Shown in pieces: positions 1-11,617 of a stretch of DNA of 64,000 bases. The notes beneath the pieces were generated by a model. The model had not been told where the DNA came from. It was given only the letters and a program-made list of their open reading frames with translations, and did no database searches. Positions within the stretch are counted from its first letter, which is position 1; every line of letters begins with the position of its first letter. The DNA comes from Octopus vulgaris (taxonomy: Eukaryota), in assembly GCA_951406725.2 (NCBI GenBank), contig OX597822.1, positions 64,170,001 through 64,234,000 of the forward strand. Reading direction: 5' to 3'. The position numbers were made by a program, and so were the translations under genes.

Positions 1-84
<84 letters not shown>

Positions 85-269
85 TGTGTGTGTTTGTGGT
101 TATTTCTAACATATCTGACAACCACCTAAGAGCTCCTTCATGGGTTTGGAGAGAAACGAATATAAATAATTTGGAGTAGATAGTATCGTTGTTTAATCAA
201 CTGAGCTACCTACTACTTCAATTATAACGAATTCTGCTCTAAGCGTGAAATTTTGGACGAAGGAGTTTA

Positions 270-436
270 TCAAATACATCGACTCCAGTGCTCAACTAGT
301 ACTTATTTCATCAACCTCGAATGGGATGAAAAGCAATGTCGGCCTCGGCGGAATATGAATTCAGAACGTAAAGCCGGAAGAAATGCCGCTAAGCACTTTG
401 TCCGGTGTGCTAATGATTCTGCCATCTCGCCGCCCT
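270..436 (-). mobile_element. tRNA-derived SINE, family B (head AAGGCGGCGAGCTGGCAGAATCG), diverged copy
   Basis: Reverse complement aligns by eye to the copy at 22991-23221 (A box TGGCAGAATC, B box GAGTTCAAATTCC, body GCCTTTCATCCTTTCGGGGTCGATAA). Confidence 0.8.
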
Positions 437-651
437 TTCTCATCTAATTATGATGTCGGTAACTGGTTATATCACTGGCACTTCTACATTTTGTGTAATT
501 CTCAGGCAGAATTAGTGCGATACACTGTGACAGAGGTAGGCCTGTGAAATACATGTACACCGAATGATTGTTACATAATTTTCCGCTTACGTAATTTCAG
601 TCATAACGCTTAGGTTGATCTAAAACTAAACTACAATATATATGCATATAT

Positions 652-693
<42 letters not shown>

Positions 694-694
<1 letters not shown>

Positions 695-858
695 GGCGTA
701 GCAGTGGCTGTGTGGTAAGTAGCTTGCTTACCAACCACATGGTTCCGGGTTCAGTCCCACTGCGTGGCACCTTGGGCAAGTTTCTTCTACTATAGCCTCG
801 GGCCAACCAAAGCCTTGTGAGTGGATTTGGTAGACGGAAACTGAAAGAAGCCCGTCGT
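694..858 (+). mobile_element. tRNA-derived SINE family A, 5' half
   Basis: TGGCTGTGTGGTAAG (A box), GGTTCAGTCCC (B box), ...GGAAACTGAAAGAAGCCCGTCG. Same sequence as the heads at 21273, 21807 and 61240. Confidence 0.9.
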
Positions 859-881
859 ATATATGTGTATATATATATATA

Positions 882-1371
882 TCGCGCCAAATTTATCGGC
901 AGCAAATAAATATAAGCCGCCGATCGGCGGCTTATATTTATTTGCTGCCGATAAATTTGGCGCGAGTGCGATGATTTGAAAATTTTAGGTCAGATATTGC
1001 CGAGACAGGGAGAGAAGTGCCTCGTGAAAATATCTGTTCCGATCTGGCTGTTTTCTTACTGACGAATCTATCGGCCTATGGAAGATTGGCTTGATTTAAT
1101 TTAATCAGGTTAGTTTACCATTAAACAATAGATGAAACGGTGCATCGTATAAGAAAGTACAGGGTAAATGTTTTTTTAATTTTCTCCTGGTTTGCGGAAT
1201 TAATGTTATTTTGCGGTTGAAGCTTTGGCTGTTATTTCTAGTGGGTGAATGGCCTATTATGGCCGTTCCTTGATTGTGATGTTGAACTTATAAATGGTCT
1301 ATGACTATTTAATTTTTTCCCACTAGGCCGCTGGTGGCAAAAAAATTCTACAAAATTTTTTGCCACCCTAT

Positions 1372-1380
<9 letters not shown>
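882..1380 (+). mobile_element. (TA)n-flanked hammerhead-bearing element (PLE pseudo-LTR or retrozyme-like) with a 5' perfect palindrome
   Basis: Bounded by (TA)n on both sides. 84-bp palindrome at 882-965, HHR at 1052-1156, terminal hairpin GGTGGCAAAAAA...TTTTTTGCCACC near 1334-1367. Confidence 0.7.
1052..1156 (+). ncRNA. Type I hammerhead ribozyme with long stem II
   Basis: TTTCTTA-CTGACGA-ATCTAT...ATAGAT-GAAA-CGGTGCATCG-TA-TAAGAAA. 7-bp stem I, intact core, near-palindromic stem III, GUA cleavage triplet. Confidence 0.85.
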
Positions 1381-1412
<32 letters not shown>

Positions 1413-1510
1413 AAGAAGACTAAACAACATGGCGATGAACTGGCCAAGGTCACCGATTATTTCTTATACAATATAAAAGAAGTTTGTTTGAAACAATATA
1501 CTTTAACGAT

Positions 1511-1689
1511 ATTCTTTTACTTGTTTCAGTCATTTGACTGCGGTCATGCTGGAGCACCGCCTCAAAGGGTGTTAATCGAAGAAATCAACCCCAGGACTTA
1601 TTGTACTTACTTATTGTATCGGTCTCTTTTGCCGAACCGCTAAGTCACAGGGACAGAAATACATTAGCATCAGTTGCCAAGCGATGGCA

Positions 1690-1690
<1 letters not shown>
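1511..1690 (-). mobile_element. SINE family A, 3' half
   Basis: Reverse complement of the ...GGTGCTCCAGCATGGCCGCAGTCAAATGACTGAAACAAGTAAAAG tail. Confidence 0.85.
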
Positions 1691-1734
<44 letters not shown>

Positions 1735-2124
1735 CTGTTATATAAAATCCGTTCTGTCTGCCTGTGTGTGTGTCTTCTAGGATCTCGGACATCCTCCATC
1801 CGGTTGCGCTCAAATTTGATACGTAGATACCAACGGTATCAGGGCGTGTATAAGTCTTGAAAAAATTACAAAAATCGATTCCAGGTGAGAATGCGATGGA
1901 TAAAGCCTTGGGAACGTGCATTTGTACGCGCAATAAAATCGTTTTTCTTTGGAATAGAAAAAAAGTCTATCGTTATTTCTTCTTTTGCTGGTGTCTTAAA
2001 TTTAGGTTAAATCAGTGTTTCTCAAAGGGGAGGCCTATGGGACGGTCGGACAAGTTATTTTGAGAAAATTTGGTTTAAATGTTTGACAACTCAGCACCGT
2101 CCATTGGACGGGGGGCGTTTTGCT

Positions 2125-2765
2125 CGTATACATTGACCCAAGTATTCAATTGTTAATTATTTTATTGACCCCGAAAGGATGAAGGCAAAGTCGACCTCGA
2201 CAGAATTTGAACCCGGGACTTGAAGGCGGATCAAATGCTGCCAAGTATTTTGCCTCGCGTGTTAACAATTCTGTTAGCTCGCTGCCTTTGACTATGTATA
2301 ATAATCTACCTTCAATAGGCACAAGACCCTCAAATTTGGCGGAAGAGGCAGCTTGATTTCATCGACTCCAGTACTTGACTGGTTCTTATTTTACGGGCCC
2401 CGAAAGGATGAAAAGCATCGGTGGCATTTGAACCTAAAACATAAAACCGGACGAAATACCGCTAAGCATTTTGTCTGGTGAGCTAAAGATTCTGCCTACT
2501 TGTGACTTTTGACTGCCTTGTAATTATACATTTTAAGCAAACTTAACTGTATGGCTTTGATTCTGAAAGAACAAAACGTTTTAAAAGAAAGTCGACCTTC
2601 CACACAGGCATGGCTGTGTGGTAAGAAGCTCACTTCCCAACCACATGTTTCCGGATTCGGTCCTACAGCTTGGCACTTTTGGCAAATGTCTTCTACTATA
2701 GCCTCGGGCCGACCAAAGCTTTGTGAGTGGATCTGATAGACGGAAACTGAAAGAAGTCTGCCGTA
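2125..2765. mobile_element. Cluster of SINE family B fragments (minus) and a family A head (2605-2765, plus)
   Basis: Repeated GACCCCGAAAGGATGAAAGGCAAAGTCGAC motifs, then a GGCATGGCTGTGTGGTAAG head. Confidence 0.75.
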
Positions 2766-2766
2766 T

Positions 2767-2804
<38 letters not shown>

Positions 2805-3075
2805 ATCGACTTACTCCCTTTCACTAAAACTTACTGGCTTCGTGCCAAAATCTGAGAGAATTAATATAAGGTAAAAAGAAGAATGGCTATCACCTTTCGA
2901 GCATTTTCCAAACTGGTAAGATTAACGCGGATGATATTTTGGTTAAACATTTACTAATAGGTGTGTGTATATCTGTATAGAAGAGAGGTGGGATTCCAGA
3001 AGGCTTTACTTCACAGGCATGGCTGTATGGTTAAGAAGCACGCTTTGCAATCATCTGGTTACAGGTTCAAGCCCG

Positions 3076-3117
<42 letters not shown>

Positions 3118-3279
3118 AACACAGAGTTCTATATTCGAAAGCTGCATGTATAAATCCGTTTCAAACTTCAGATTACAATCTCATAGCAACTGACACCCAA
3201 CAAACCAAACATAGTTTTACACAAAGGATATAGTTACATGTTTTTAGTAATTTGAAATACTAATACATAATAAGTATAA

Positions 3280-3488
3280 ATGTTCCTTCTCGAGCCATGC
3301 CAGGCTATGAGCCAGTTTCCCGGTTTCAGTGGCGTAGAAATTCCCCACCTGGACGGGACGCCAGTCCGTCACAGGATTACTCATTTTTGCCAGCTGAGTG
3401 GACTGGAGCAACTTGAAATGGAGGAATCGAAACCACAATCTTACGATCATGAGTTCAACACCCTAACCACTAAGCCACGCGCCTCCAC
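3280..3488 (-). mobile_element. SINE family C (CORE-like body), internally deleted
   Basis: Minus strand GTGGAGGCGCGTGGCTTAGTGGTTAGGG...TTGCTCCAGTCCACTCAGCTGGCAAAAATGAGT, as at 15948. Confidence 0.8.
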
Positions 3489-3839
3489 ACATAATAAGTA
3501 TAGTTAGTAATAATAATAAGGTTAGTAATTGAGGTACAAAGCAAGGTAGCGAGCCAGCAGAGTAGTTAACATACAAGACAAAATGTTGATCAATATACCT
3601 TTTAGCTCTACGTTCTGAGTTCACATATCGATCAGGTTATCTTTGCCTTTTATTCTTTAGATATCAATGAAATAAGTACCAGTTGAGCACTGGGGTCGAT
3701 ATATTCGACTAGCCCTATCCCCCAAAGTTTCAAGCCTTGTGCTTATAGAAGGGAAAAAATATGGATGTAAGATCAGGTATTTTGAAGGGAGGTGGAGTGG
3801 CGTTAATCGATGTCATCTACTCCAGTACTTTTTAGTTGG

Positions 3840-4260
3840 TAATCTTCGTACCACAAGGCACATAAGGCCGCAATACGATCTCTCCAACCAGCTCTGTTTT
3901 CTGCCACTGTCCTGGTCTCATTCCAGCTTCTCTACCCTTCTCGTCACCCTTTCCTTGTCAATGATCCTTCGCCATCAGGTTTTAGAGACCCCTACTCTTT
4001 TCCCCTCAGGCTGTCATACAGTCGCTTTCTCGATCTTGTCGGAGGACGTATCTGATCCAATTCCAGCGTCAACGTCTTATTTCGTCGCTGATCCTGTTCA
4101 TGCCTGTTGTTCTCTCAACTGTGACATTTCGGACTTTCTGCAGCCACTAGATGTCGAGTATTATCCTTAAGCATACCAACTGGAAGCTGTCCATTGTTTT
4201 TTCGCCCATTTTTGTGACTTTCTAGTTTTTACACCCGCAGAAGAATACTACTCGGACCAA
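3840..4260 (-). pseudogene. RTE-clade LINE, 3' end of ORF, decayed
   Basis: Minus-strand translation with stops: FQLVCLRIILDI*W...EIRR*RWNWIRYVLR...QPEGKR...SWNETRTVAENRAGWRDRIAALCA, a typical RTE C-terminus. Confidence 0.8.
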
Positions 4261-4878
4261 TGTCTTGACCAGTACTTGACTGGTATCTTATTTTATTGAC
4301 CGCCGTCGAGAAGATGAAAAGCAAAGTTGATTTCGGTGAAATTTTAACACAGAACGTAAATAAATATGGATTAATTTTTAAAGATAAGCAGAAGTGAGTT
4401 TAGAAAAATCAAGAAATAACATTATTGAGTGAAAGTCATTGTTGGATGCAATATATTTGAGTGAGGGAGATAATTAGACCGACCCAGAACTGAACTGGTA
4501 CCGAAATGTTGAAAACGAAATAATGAACCCGAAATGATGAAAGCGAAAGTTTACTTCAGCGAGATTCGAACACGAAACGTTAAGTGTCAGAACAAATATA
4601 TAATAGTGACCTACTATACACTGCTATGGTTTCAGATAAAAAGCAACAACAAAAAAACAAAACAAGGATATCCCATAGAAGACGGCGTTTGTATATAGAA
4701 CAGCGCTATATTTATATGTAAAAGACATTGGAGGATTTTGTCGCTCGCTGTGGCCTTTAAAGCGATACATTCCCTAATATCCGGTATGTGATTCCATGAA
4801 TATATACCAAGTGAAATCTAAATCTACCCAAACTTTTCTTTATAAACTCATAAAAAGATGAAAAAACGACAACAACAG

Positions 4879-4951
<73 letters not shown>

Positions 4952-5372
4952 TATACATATATATACACAAAAAAAAACGGACAGAAAGAAATAAAAGTGA
5001 GGGGATTTAATTTGCTTTATACAGTAGACCTCCCATTATGAAGAATCCGGAGAGAGAGAGAGAACATCTAAGAAGAAGGAATCTTTTATTAGTATCAAAT
5101 ATCAAGCGTTTAATGTCGACGTTGTTCAGATTAGCGCTGTTCTGTTTCGTTCTGAAGGCAAAGCAGAGCGTTCAATGGCAAAGGTGAAAGAAAAGAAACA
5201 GCCAGGATTGTCTGTATTTACGAAAAGAGTCGGTAATTTACCTCAACTGTATACATATGTCCCTTAGCTTTCTTCTATTGGTCTACAGCATTCTCGATTT
5301 GCATCATGAGGTTTTGTTGCATCTATGCACTTTTATGTAACCGCTTATACATACATACATACATACATACAT

Positions 5373-5461
<89 letters not shown>

Positions 5462-5606
5462 GCTAGATAGATAGATAGATATAGGGTAAAAAATTATTAA
5501 CTTATAATTAAAAAAAATTTTACCAAGCAGTTTCGGTATGGAAAAGAACCATATTCGGTAAAAACTCATGCAAGAAGTTTTTCATCTAATTATAACAATA
5601 ATTAAG

Positions 5607-6017
5607 AGACCTTTTCGGTTTTAACGGCAGTTTTTTAAAATAATTTCCACGTAACTAAATACTTCGTATACTGGTAGAATGTGTTTATAAAACATCTTTT
5701 TCTCTTGGCTTTATTGAGAACATTCTATAGTTTGTAAGATATTTGTTGGTTTTTTTCTTCAATTTCTGCAATTTCAACCAATCAGTGACGTCTATTGAGG
5801 TGAAAACATTCTGTGCCGTATGAATATGTCCCTCGTTTAAGAAACAGATTGGGTTTATTTACATTTCTGAAGAAAAAAAAGATACCCTTCCCCTCCACCC
5901 CTAACCCTAACCCTAAAACAGATTGAAATGCAATAGATCGATACTAGGGTCATAATTATGGGTGACAATTTCATATGACACCGCTAGAAGAAACTGCCGT
6001 TCAAACCGAAAAGATCC
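5607..6017. mobile_element. MITE with ~28-bp TIRs and 8-bp TSD (Merlin-like), with internal (CCCTAA)3
   Basis: TIR GATCTTTTCGGTTTGAACGGCAGTTT. TSD TAATTAAG at 5599-5606 and 6018-6025. Second copy at 13569-13998. Confidence 0.85.
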
Positions 6018-6025
6018 TAATTAAG

Positions 6026-6200
6026 GGTTTAGCAACAAGTTGCATCACCACATACCGAAAATTTAGAAATAGCAGCCAAAAGACTGTTATTTCTTTCGCT
6101 ATAAAATATGACTCCATAGATATTTTGTAGCGAAAAGAAATGTCTTTTGGCTGCTATTTCTAAATTTTCGGTATGTGGTGATGCAACTTGTTGCTAAACC

Positions 6201-6203
<3 letters not shown>
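6026..6203. repeat. Inverted repeat (~60-bp arms) of a PLE-like element end, abutting (TA)n
   Basis: GGTTTAGCAACAAGTTGCATCACCACATACCGAAAATTTAGAAATAGCAGCCAAAAGAC and its exact reverse complement at ~6143-6201. The arm resembles 34910-34970. Confidence 0.85.
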
Positions 6204-6288
<85 letters not shown>

Positions 6289-6292
<4 letters not shown>

Positions 6293-6870
6293 GGCGTACC
6301 CAAAAGAAACCGGAATTTTGGAATATTATTTTAATTCCATAGTAACAGCTTTCGTCATCAGAGATGACTTTCGAAAAAAGGTCAGGATCAATTTCCCATT
6401 GTTCTTTCCGTTCACGACACGCATTCAGTCATGATTGCTTTTGATGTTCCGTGAGCAAGCGAGGCACAAATTTTGTTGCAACTCTTTTCATTTGTAATTC
6501 CTCGCTCAAAATTCGTAGGCAGAACCTCCAGGACACACCTGTCATATCAACAAGTTCGTCAACTGTACGGTAATGGTCCTCTAAGATCAGTTCATAAATT
6601 TTTATGATGTTTTTATTCGTTCGGGAGGTCGACTGACTCTCTAAACAAGGTTGGTCTTCAAGCGACAAGTAATGATTCCAAAAGCACGAAAACCACTCTT
6701 AAACTTATGTATTGCCGATGGCAGCATCCTTGTAAGCTGTTTGAAGCACGACAATGACGATCAGTATACTGATACCTGAGGGTCGCATCAAGTGGTTTCT
6801 AGCGGCGGAAGTCTGAACTACAAGGAGTTTGTCCCAGAGAACGTTTTCGTTTACTTTGGAGTACCCTCTC
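6289..6870 (-). mobile_element. Internally deleted mariner transposon (transposase HTH-region pseudogene)
   Basis: ORF 6429-6668 reads ...RTVDELVDMTGVSW...ILSEELQMKRVATKFVPRLLTEHQK (a WVP-motif variant). Degenerate TIRs AGGGCGTACCCAAAAG / GAGGGTACTCCAAAG in a TA context. Confidence 0.8.
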
Positions 6871-6883
6871 ATATACATACATG

Positions 6884-6962
<79 letters not shown>

Positions 6963-6965
<3 letters not shown>

Positions 6966-7120
6966 CGGAGCTGTGTTGTAAAAAGCTTACGTCTCAACCA
7001 CATGGTTCCAGGTTCAGTCCCACTACGTGGCACCTTGGCCAAGTGTCTTCTACTATAGCCTCGAGCTGACCAAAGCCTTGTAAATGGATTTGTTAGACGG
7101 AAACTGAAAGAAGCCCGTCG
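6963..7120 (+). mobile_element. SINE family A, 5' half
   Basis: Same head as 694-858. Confidence 0.85.
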
Positions 7121-7122
7121 TG

Positions 7123-7153
<31 letters not shown>

Positions 7154-7154
7154 G

Positions 7155-7200
<46 letters not shown>

Positions 7201-7304
7201 TGTGTGTATCTATGTATATCTATGTGTATACATACATACATGTATGTGTGGTAAGAAGCTTACTTTTAACTACATGGTTCCGGGGTCAGTCTGTCAGTCC
7301 TTCC

Positions 7305-7389
<85 letters not shown>

Positions 7390-7833
7390 GTAAACGAACA
7401 AGTAGGGGCAGCTCTAATTTTGGCTACATGCGTTTTCTTAATGTGGTAATTTATTCGATAATGCATATTAAATTACGTAACTCTACATCATTTCGTAGCC
7501 ACACCATCTCATCAGGTACTACTGAACCTTTTACTAACAAAAATCAAACTGCCTCTTATTGCTTGTAAAGGGCTCAGTATTGAGTGATGAATGGTGTGGT
7601 TATGTAACAACGTAAAGTTAAGTAATGTTATAAAACAGTATGCATTATTGAATAAATGACTACGCTATGAAAACACGTGTAGCAAAATTCTAACCTGTTC
7701 ATATTTGTTTCTTTACAATATTATACAAGGGGTAACATGTGCAGCACGTCGGTTTTACATAAACGGATTCACAGGTTGCTTAATATCATTATATATAACA
7801 GTTTAACATGGCACTGACTGTGACATATATATG

Positions 7834-7865
<32 letters not shown>

Positions 7866-7900
7866 TACACACATACACACACGCACACACACGCGCACAC

Positions 7901-7958
<58 letters not shown>

Positions 7959-8091
7959 TAACGGTTTGGCTCAGTTCTATATTACATGAAATTTCTGGCA
8001 TCAACTGTTCTTAACACATGGGTGTCAACCTATTATTAAATATGTTAGATATATTCGTTACGCACATAAGTACGCGCTCGCATCCACACAT

Positions 8092-8126
<35 letters not shown>

Positions 8127-8410
8127 ATGTATGTATGGATGCGTTTGCGAAAGTGTGTGCTTGTGATGTCCAAGACAGTCTTTCCGTTGGTCCTGTTTGA
8201 AAAACTCTGTTCTTTGCTTATGCCCCGTAACACACCGGTCCAATAAATATAGAAGGAGCAGATACGTACCACATTTTAGTATATATATGTGCGCTGATAT
8301 AATCAGATAAACCCTTCCAGGCTCTAGTCTAACATGGTGTCTAATGACTGTGACATGTAAAAGATTGTACACGTACGTATGCACACAAAGCACATACGTG
8401 TATATGTATT

Positions 8411-8583
<173 letters not shown>

Positions 8584-8639
8584 ATACATGTTTGTTTTTC
8601 TCTTTACACACACACATCCACAAACATACATTTAGAGGC

Positions 8640-8819
8640 AAATCGAAAATCAAAAGTAACCAACAATAGTCAAAAGGACGTATACATGGGAAGTACTAGG
8701 TTGACTTTCAATAAATGATGGAGAAAAAAGTGGGTGTATAACGTTTCGAGCATGGTTCTTCTTCACAAAGAGGAAAGATCCGCGAGAAGGAAAAAAAAGT
8801 CCAAGAAAAGGAAAAGCAC

Positions 8820-8820
<1 letters not shown>
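8640..8820 (-). mobile_element. Decayed short hammerhead element (same class as 25605 and 53290)
   Basis: Minus GTGAAGA-A-GAAC-CAT-GCTC-GAAACGTT at 8736-8770; the core is degenerate. Confidence 0.55.
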
Positions 8821-8869
<49 letters not shown>

Positions 8870-8873
<4 letters not shown>

Positions 8874-9806
8874 AAGGGTGAAAAGGAACACACGAGTTGA
8901 TATATATGAAAAAACAAGTCAAAAATAGAAAATGCTAAAATAATTTTATAGTGAACATTTCAGTACCGGTTTCGGTCATTTTGAGACCTTTTCAACTGTA
9001 ACGATTAAATAATTAAATTTAGAAAAATTAGAAGAAAAGTTTTTTTAAAAGAATATTTCTATAGTAGTGTTCAGATTTAAGTGGCATTCTGCCTTTCTCT
9101 GACTCCCTTGTTTGCACTTGTGCGTTGGAGGTCGTTGTGAGTTCTTGGTAGGGTAGTAGAGGAAGAAGGCTGGTGAGGAAAGGGGGTGGGAGAATCTGGG
9201 AGTGCCCTGATGGTCGTATATTGAATGGTCAGTGGCGGCTGGCAGTCTCAGTTCAATTCAGGAGAATATTTATATTGACAGGCTTGTTTATAGAATTAGC
9301 GTAGGTGTTATACTAAAAAACATTAGTGACAAAGTTAAGGGGTAGGGGGTGGAGAAGTAGAAGAAGAAGAAGAAGAAGAAGAAGAAGAAGGAGGAGAAGG
9401 AGAAGATGGTGGTGATGATGGTGGTGATGATGATGACGACGATGATGATGATAATGATGATGATGAAGAAGAGGAAGAAGAAGAAGAAAAAAAAAAACAG
9501 AGAAGGGAGAATATGAATGGGTGTAAGTATAGCTATGAAGGGGCTGATTAGTAATGGATTCTATGGAGTGTAATATTTGTGTGTGTATATATATTTTTCT
9601 TTTATTCTAAAGTTGAGGTATATTAATTGCTTGTCGTAGACCCGTTAAGAAGTGGCTTGTATTTTGTAATAAAGAGATTTTCTTTACTTATTCGTTGTCT
9701 CGAGGTTGTATCGTCCCTAAATTGGTAGAGGGGGAAAATTCTGAAGTTTGGTGTTTTTTTGTTGGCGCAAGTATCTATGTGTTGGCTAAAAGCTATTTTT
9801 CTGTTT
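8870..9806 (-). mobile_element. 5'-truncated Penelope-like element: GIY-YIG C-terminus, 3' region and hammerhead, inserted in (TA)n
   Basis: Minus 9806-9623 translates (one frameshift) KIAFSQHIDTCA..PNFRIFPLYQFRDDTTSRQRISKENLFITKYKPLLN, homologous to 28495-28656. HHR at 8961-8998 lies downstream. (TA)n on both sides. Confidence 0.8.
8961..8998 (-). ncRNA. Minimal type I hammerhead, U3-A8 core variant
   Basis: CAG-TTGAAAA-GGTC-TCAAAAT-GACC-GAAA-CCGG-TA-CTG. Confidence 0.7.
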
Positions 9807-9821
9807 TATATATATATATAT

Positions 9822-10053
9822 ACTTTTATTCTTTTATTTGTTTCAGTCATCTGACTGCGGCCATGCTGGAGCACCACCTTTAGTCGAACAGATCAACCCC
9901 AGGACTTATTCTCTGTAAGCCTAGTACTTATTCTATCGGTCTCTTTTACCGAACCGCTAAGTTACGGGGACGTGAACACACCAACATCGGTTGGCAAGCG
10001 ATGGTTGGGGCCAAACGCAGACACACAAACATATACACATGCGCGCGCGCGCG

Positions 10054-10093
<40 letters not shown>

Positions 10094-10257
10094 CGACATG
10101 CTTCTTTCTGTTTCCGTCTACCAAATCCACTCACAAGGCTTTGGTCAGCCCGAGGCTATAGTAGAAGAAATTTGCCCTAGGTGCTACGTAGTGGAACTGA
10201 ACCTGGAAACATGTAGCCGGTAAGCAAGCTTCTTGTCACACAGTCACACCTGCGCCT
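9822..10257 (-). mobile_element. SINE family A, full length
   Basis: Head, internal (CA)/(TA) tract and TAAAAGAG-type tail are all present. Confidence 0.9.
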
Positions 10258-10258
10258 A

Positions 10259-10291
<33 letters not shown>

Positions 10292-10383
10292 TTATTTGAA
10301 ATTTATAGAAAAATAAAAGACGAAGACAGGTGTATGAACAACAAGCAGGTGCATCAGTTTGACACTCGTGAAAAATGAAAATG

Positions 10384-10421
10384 TCTTTTACGTTTCGAGC
10401 CTACGCTCTTCAACAGAAAGA
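10384..10421 (-). ncRNA. Minimal hammerhead-like motif (CUGUUGA core) in a ~190-bp (TA)n-flanked element (10295-10485)
   Basis: TCTTT-CTGTTGA-A-GAGC-GTAG-GCTC-GAAA-CG-TA-AAAGA. Sister copy at 39002-39039. Confidence 0.65.
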
Positions 10422-10849
10422 AAAAAATAAACGGAAAGAGAATGAAAAAAACTTGTAGATTTCAGCACTCCAGCATGGCGAATTTATATATAGATAGATA
10501 AATATATAGATAAATAGTTTGCTAGATAAATAGATAGATAGATAGATAGATAGATAGATTGATAGATAGATATGTATGTGTTGCTCCACCACATACACAC
10601 AAACATACATACACACACACACACATACATACATGCATACATACATACATACGTACATACACACATAATGCATATGCTTACATACACGAACGCGCACGTG
10701 CGCACACACATTTAAACCACAAAGACGAATAAGAGTATATTAAATAACATACAATGTAAATCCTTGATTTATTTCCTCTGTTACCCCCCATCGGTTTCAG
10801 CCGACGGCTGAGGCCATACTGGAGCACCGTTTTTCAATAGTTTAGCTTT

Positions 10850-11395
10850 CTTTTCTCTACTGTCTTTGGTGAAGCAGCAAGTTGGACAGACCTGTTCTTC
10901 TTTGTACATATCCTACCGCGATGAAGGTCCATCTGATATCTAAAATAAAAATTTGTCCAGACGATCTTTGAAGACCACCACACAAATCTCCGAAGTTGTT
11001 TGGCAGACTGTTGAACTGTTGTGGACCCTTGAAACCCAAGTTGTTACGATACTGGGTCCTTATTATATATGGAGTAGACTAGATCTTTGGTGCTATGTAG
11101 TTCCGTCACGTTCGGAGCTTAGTATAGCTTTCAATTCCAAAGTAGGGAACTAGACCTTCCAGGGCCATCCGTATGTACATCACTGCATATCTTTCACGCT
11201 TTCTGTCTAGAGAGAAGAGCTTCAATTCCTTTAGCGTCTCATCTATTTCACCATGTGAGTCCTCTTTGTGTAGTAACACTGGATTTCCTCAAGTTCCGAT
11301 ACCAGTTTGTTGCTTTTGTCATATCCACAGCTGGGAGCAGTAATCCAGAAGACTGGAACGAAAGTTTTCCTTAGAAGTAGCATGGTATCTTTTTT
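10850..11395 (-). pseudogene. CR1/L2-like LINE, 3' ORF fragment, decayed
   Basis: Minus translation RERYAVMYIRMALEGLVPYFGIESY... and GFKGPQQFNSLP, resembling the post-RT region of CR1-group LINEs. Confidence 0.65.
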
Positions 11396-11541
11396 TTTTC
11401 CTGCTTCTGAATGATCTCAAAATCCAGAAGCATTGAAATGCTATTTAAAAAAAAGAAACAGTCATAAGAGGGTAGATGTGGGTATGTGTTTCTGCGTTAT
11501 TAAGCGTCATCAGCACAACGATTGCCTTATCTTATCATCAG

Positions 11542-11617
11542 CAGACGAGACACTTAGACATTCACACGAAGAAGTAGAACGCATATATAGACTGCAATTT
11601 GCAGAAATGAAACGAAA
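11542..11617 (+). CDS. Candidate internal coding exon of an unidentified host gene
   Basis: CCTTATCTTATCATCAG acceptor, GTGAGC donor, open frame ADETLRHSHEEVERIYRLQFAEMKR. Ends in phase 2, compatible with 17479. Confidence 0.4.

Noticed and set aside
5899-5916. Telomere or chromosome-fusion remnant
   Set aside because: Only three units, internal to a two-copy MITE.
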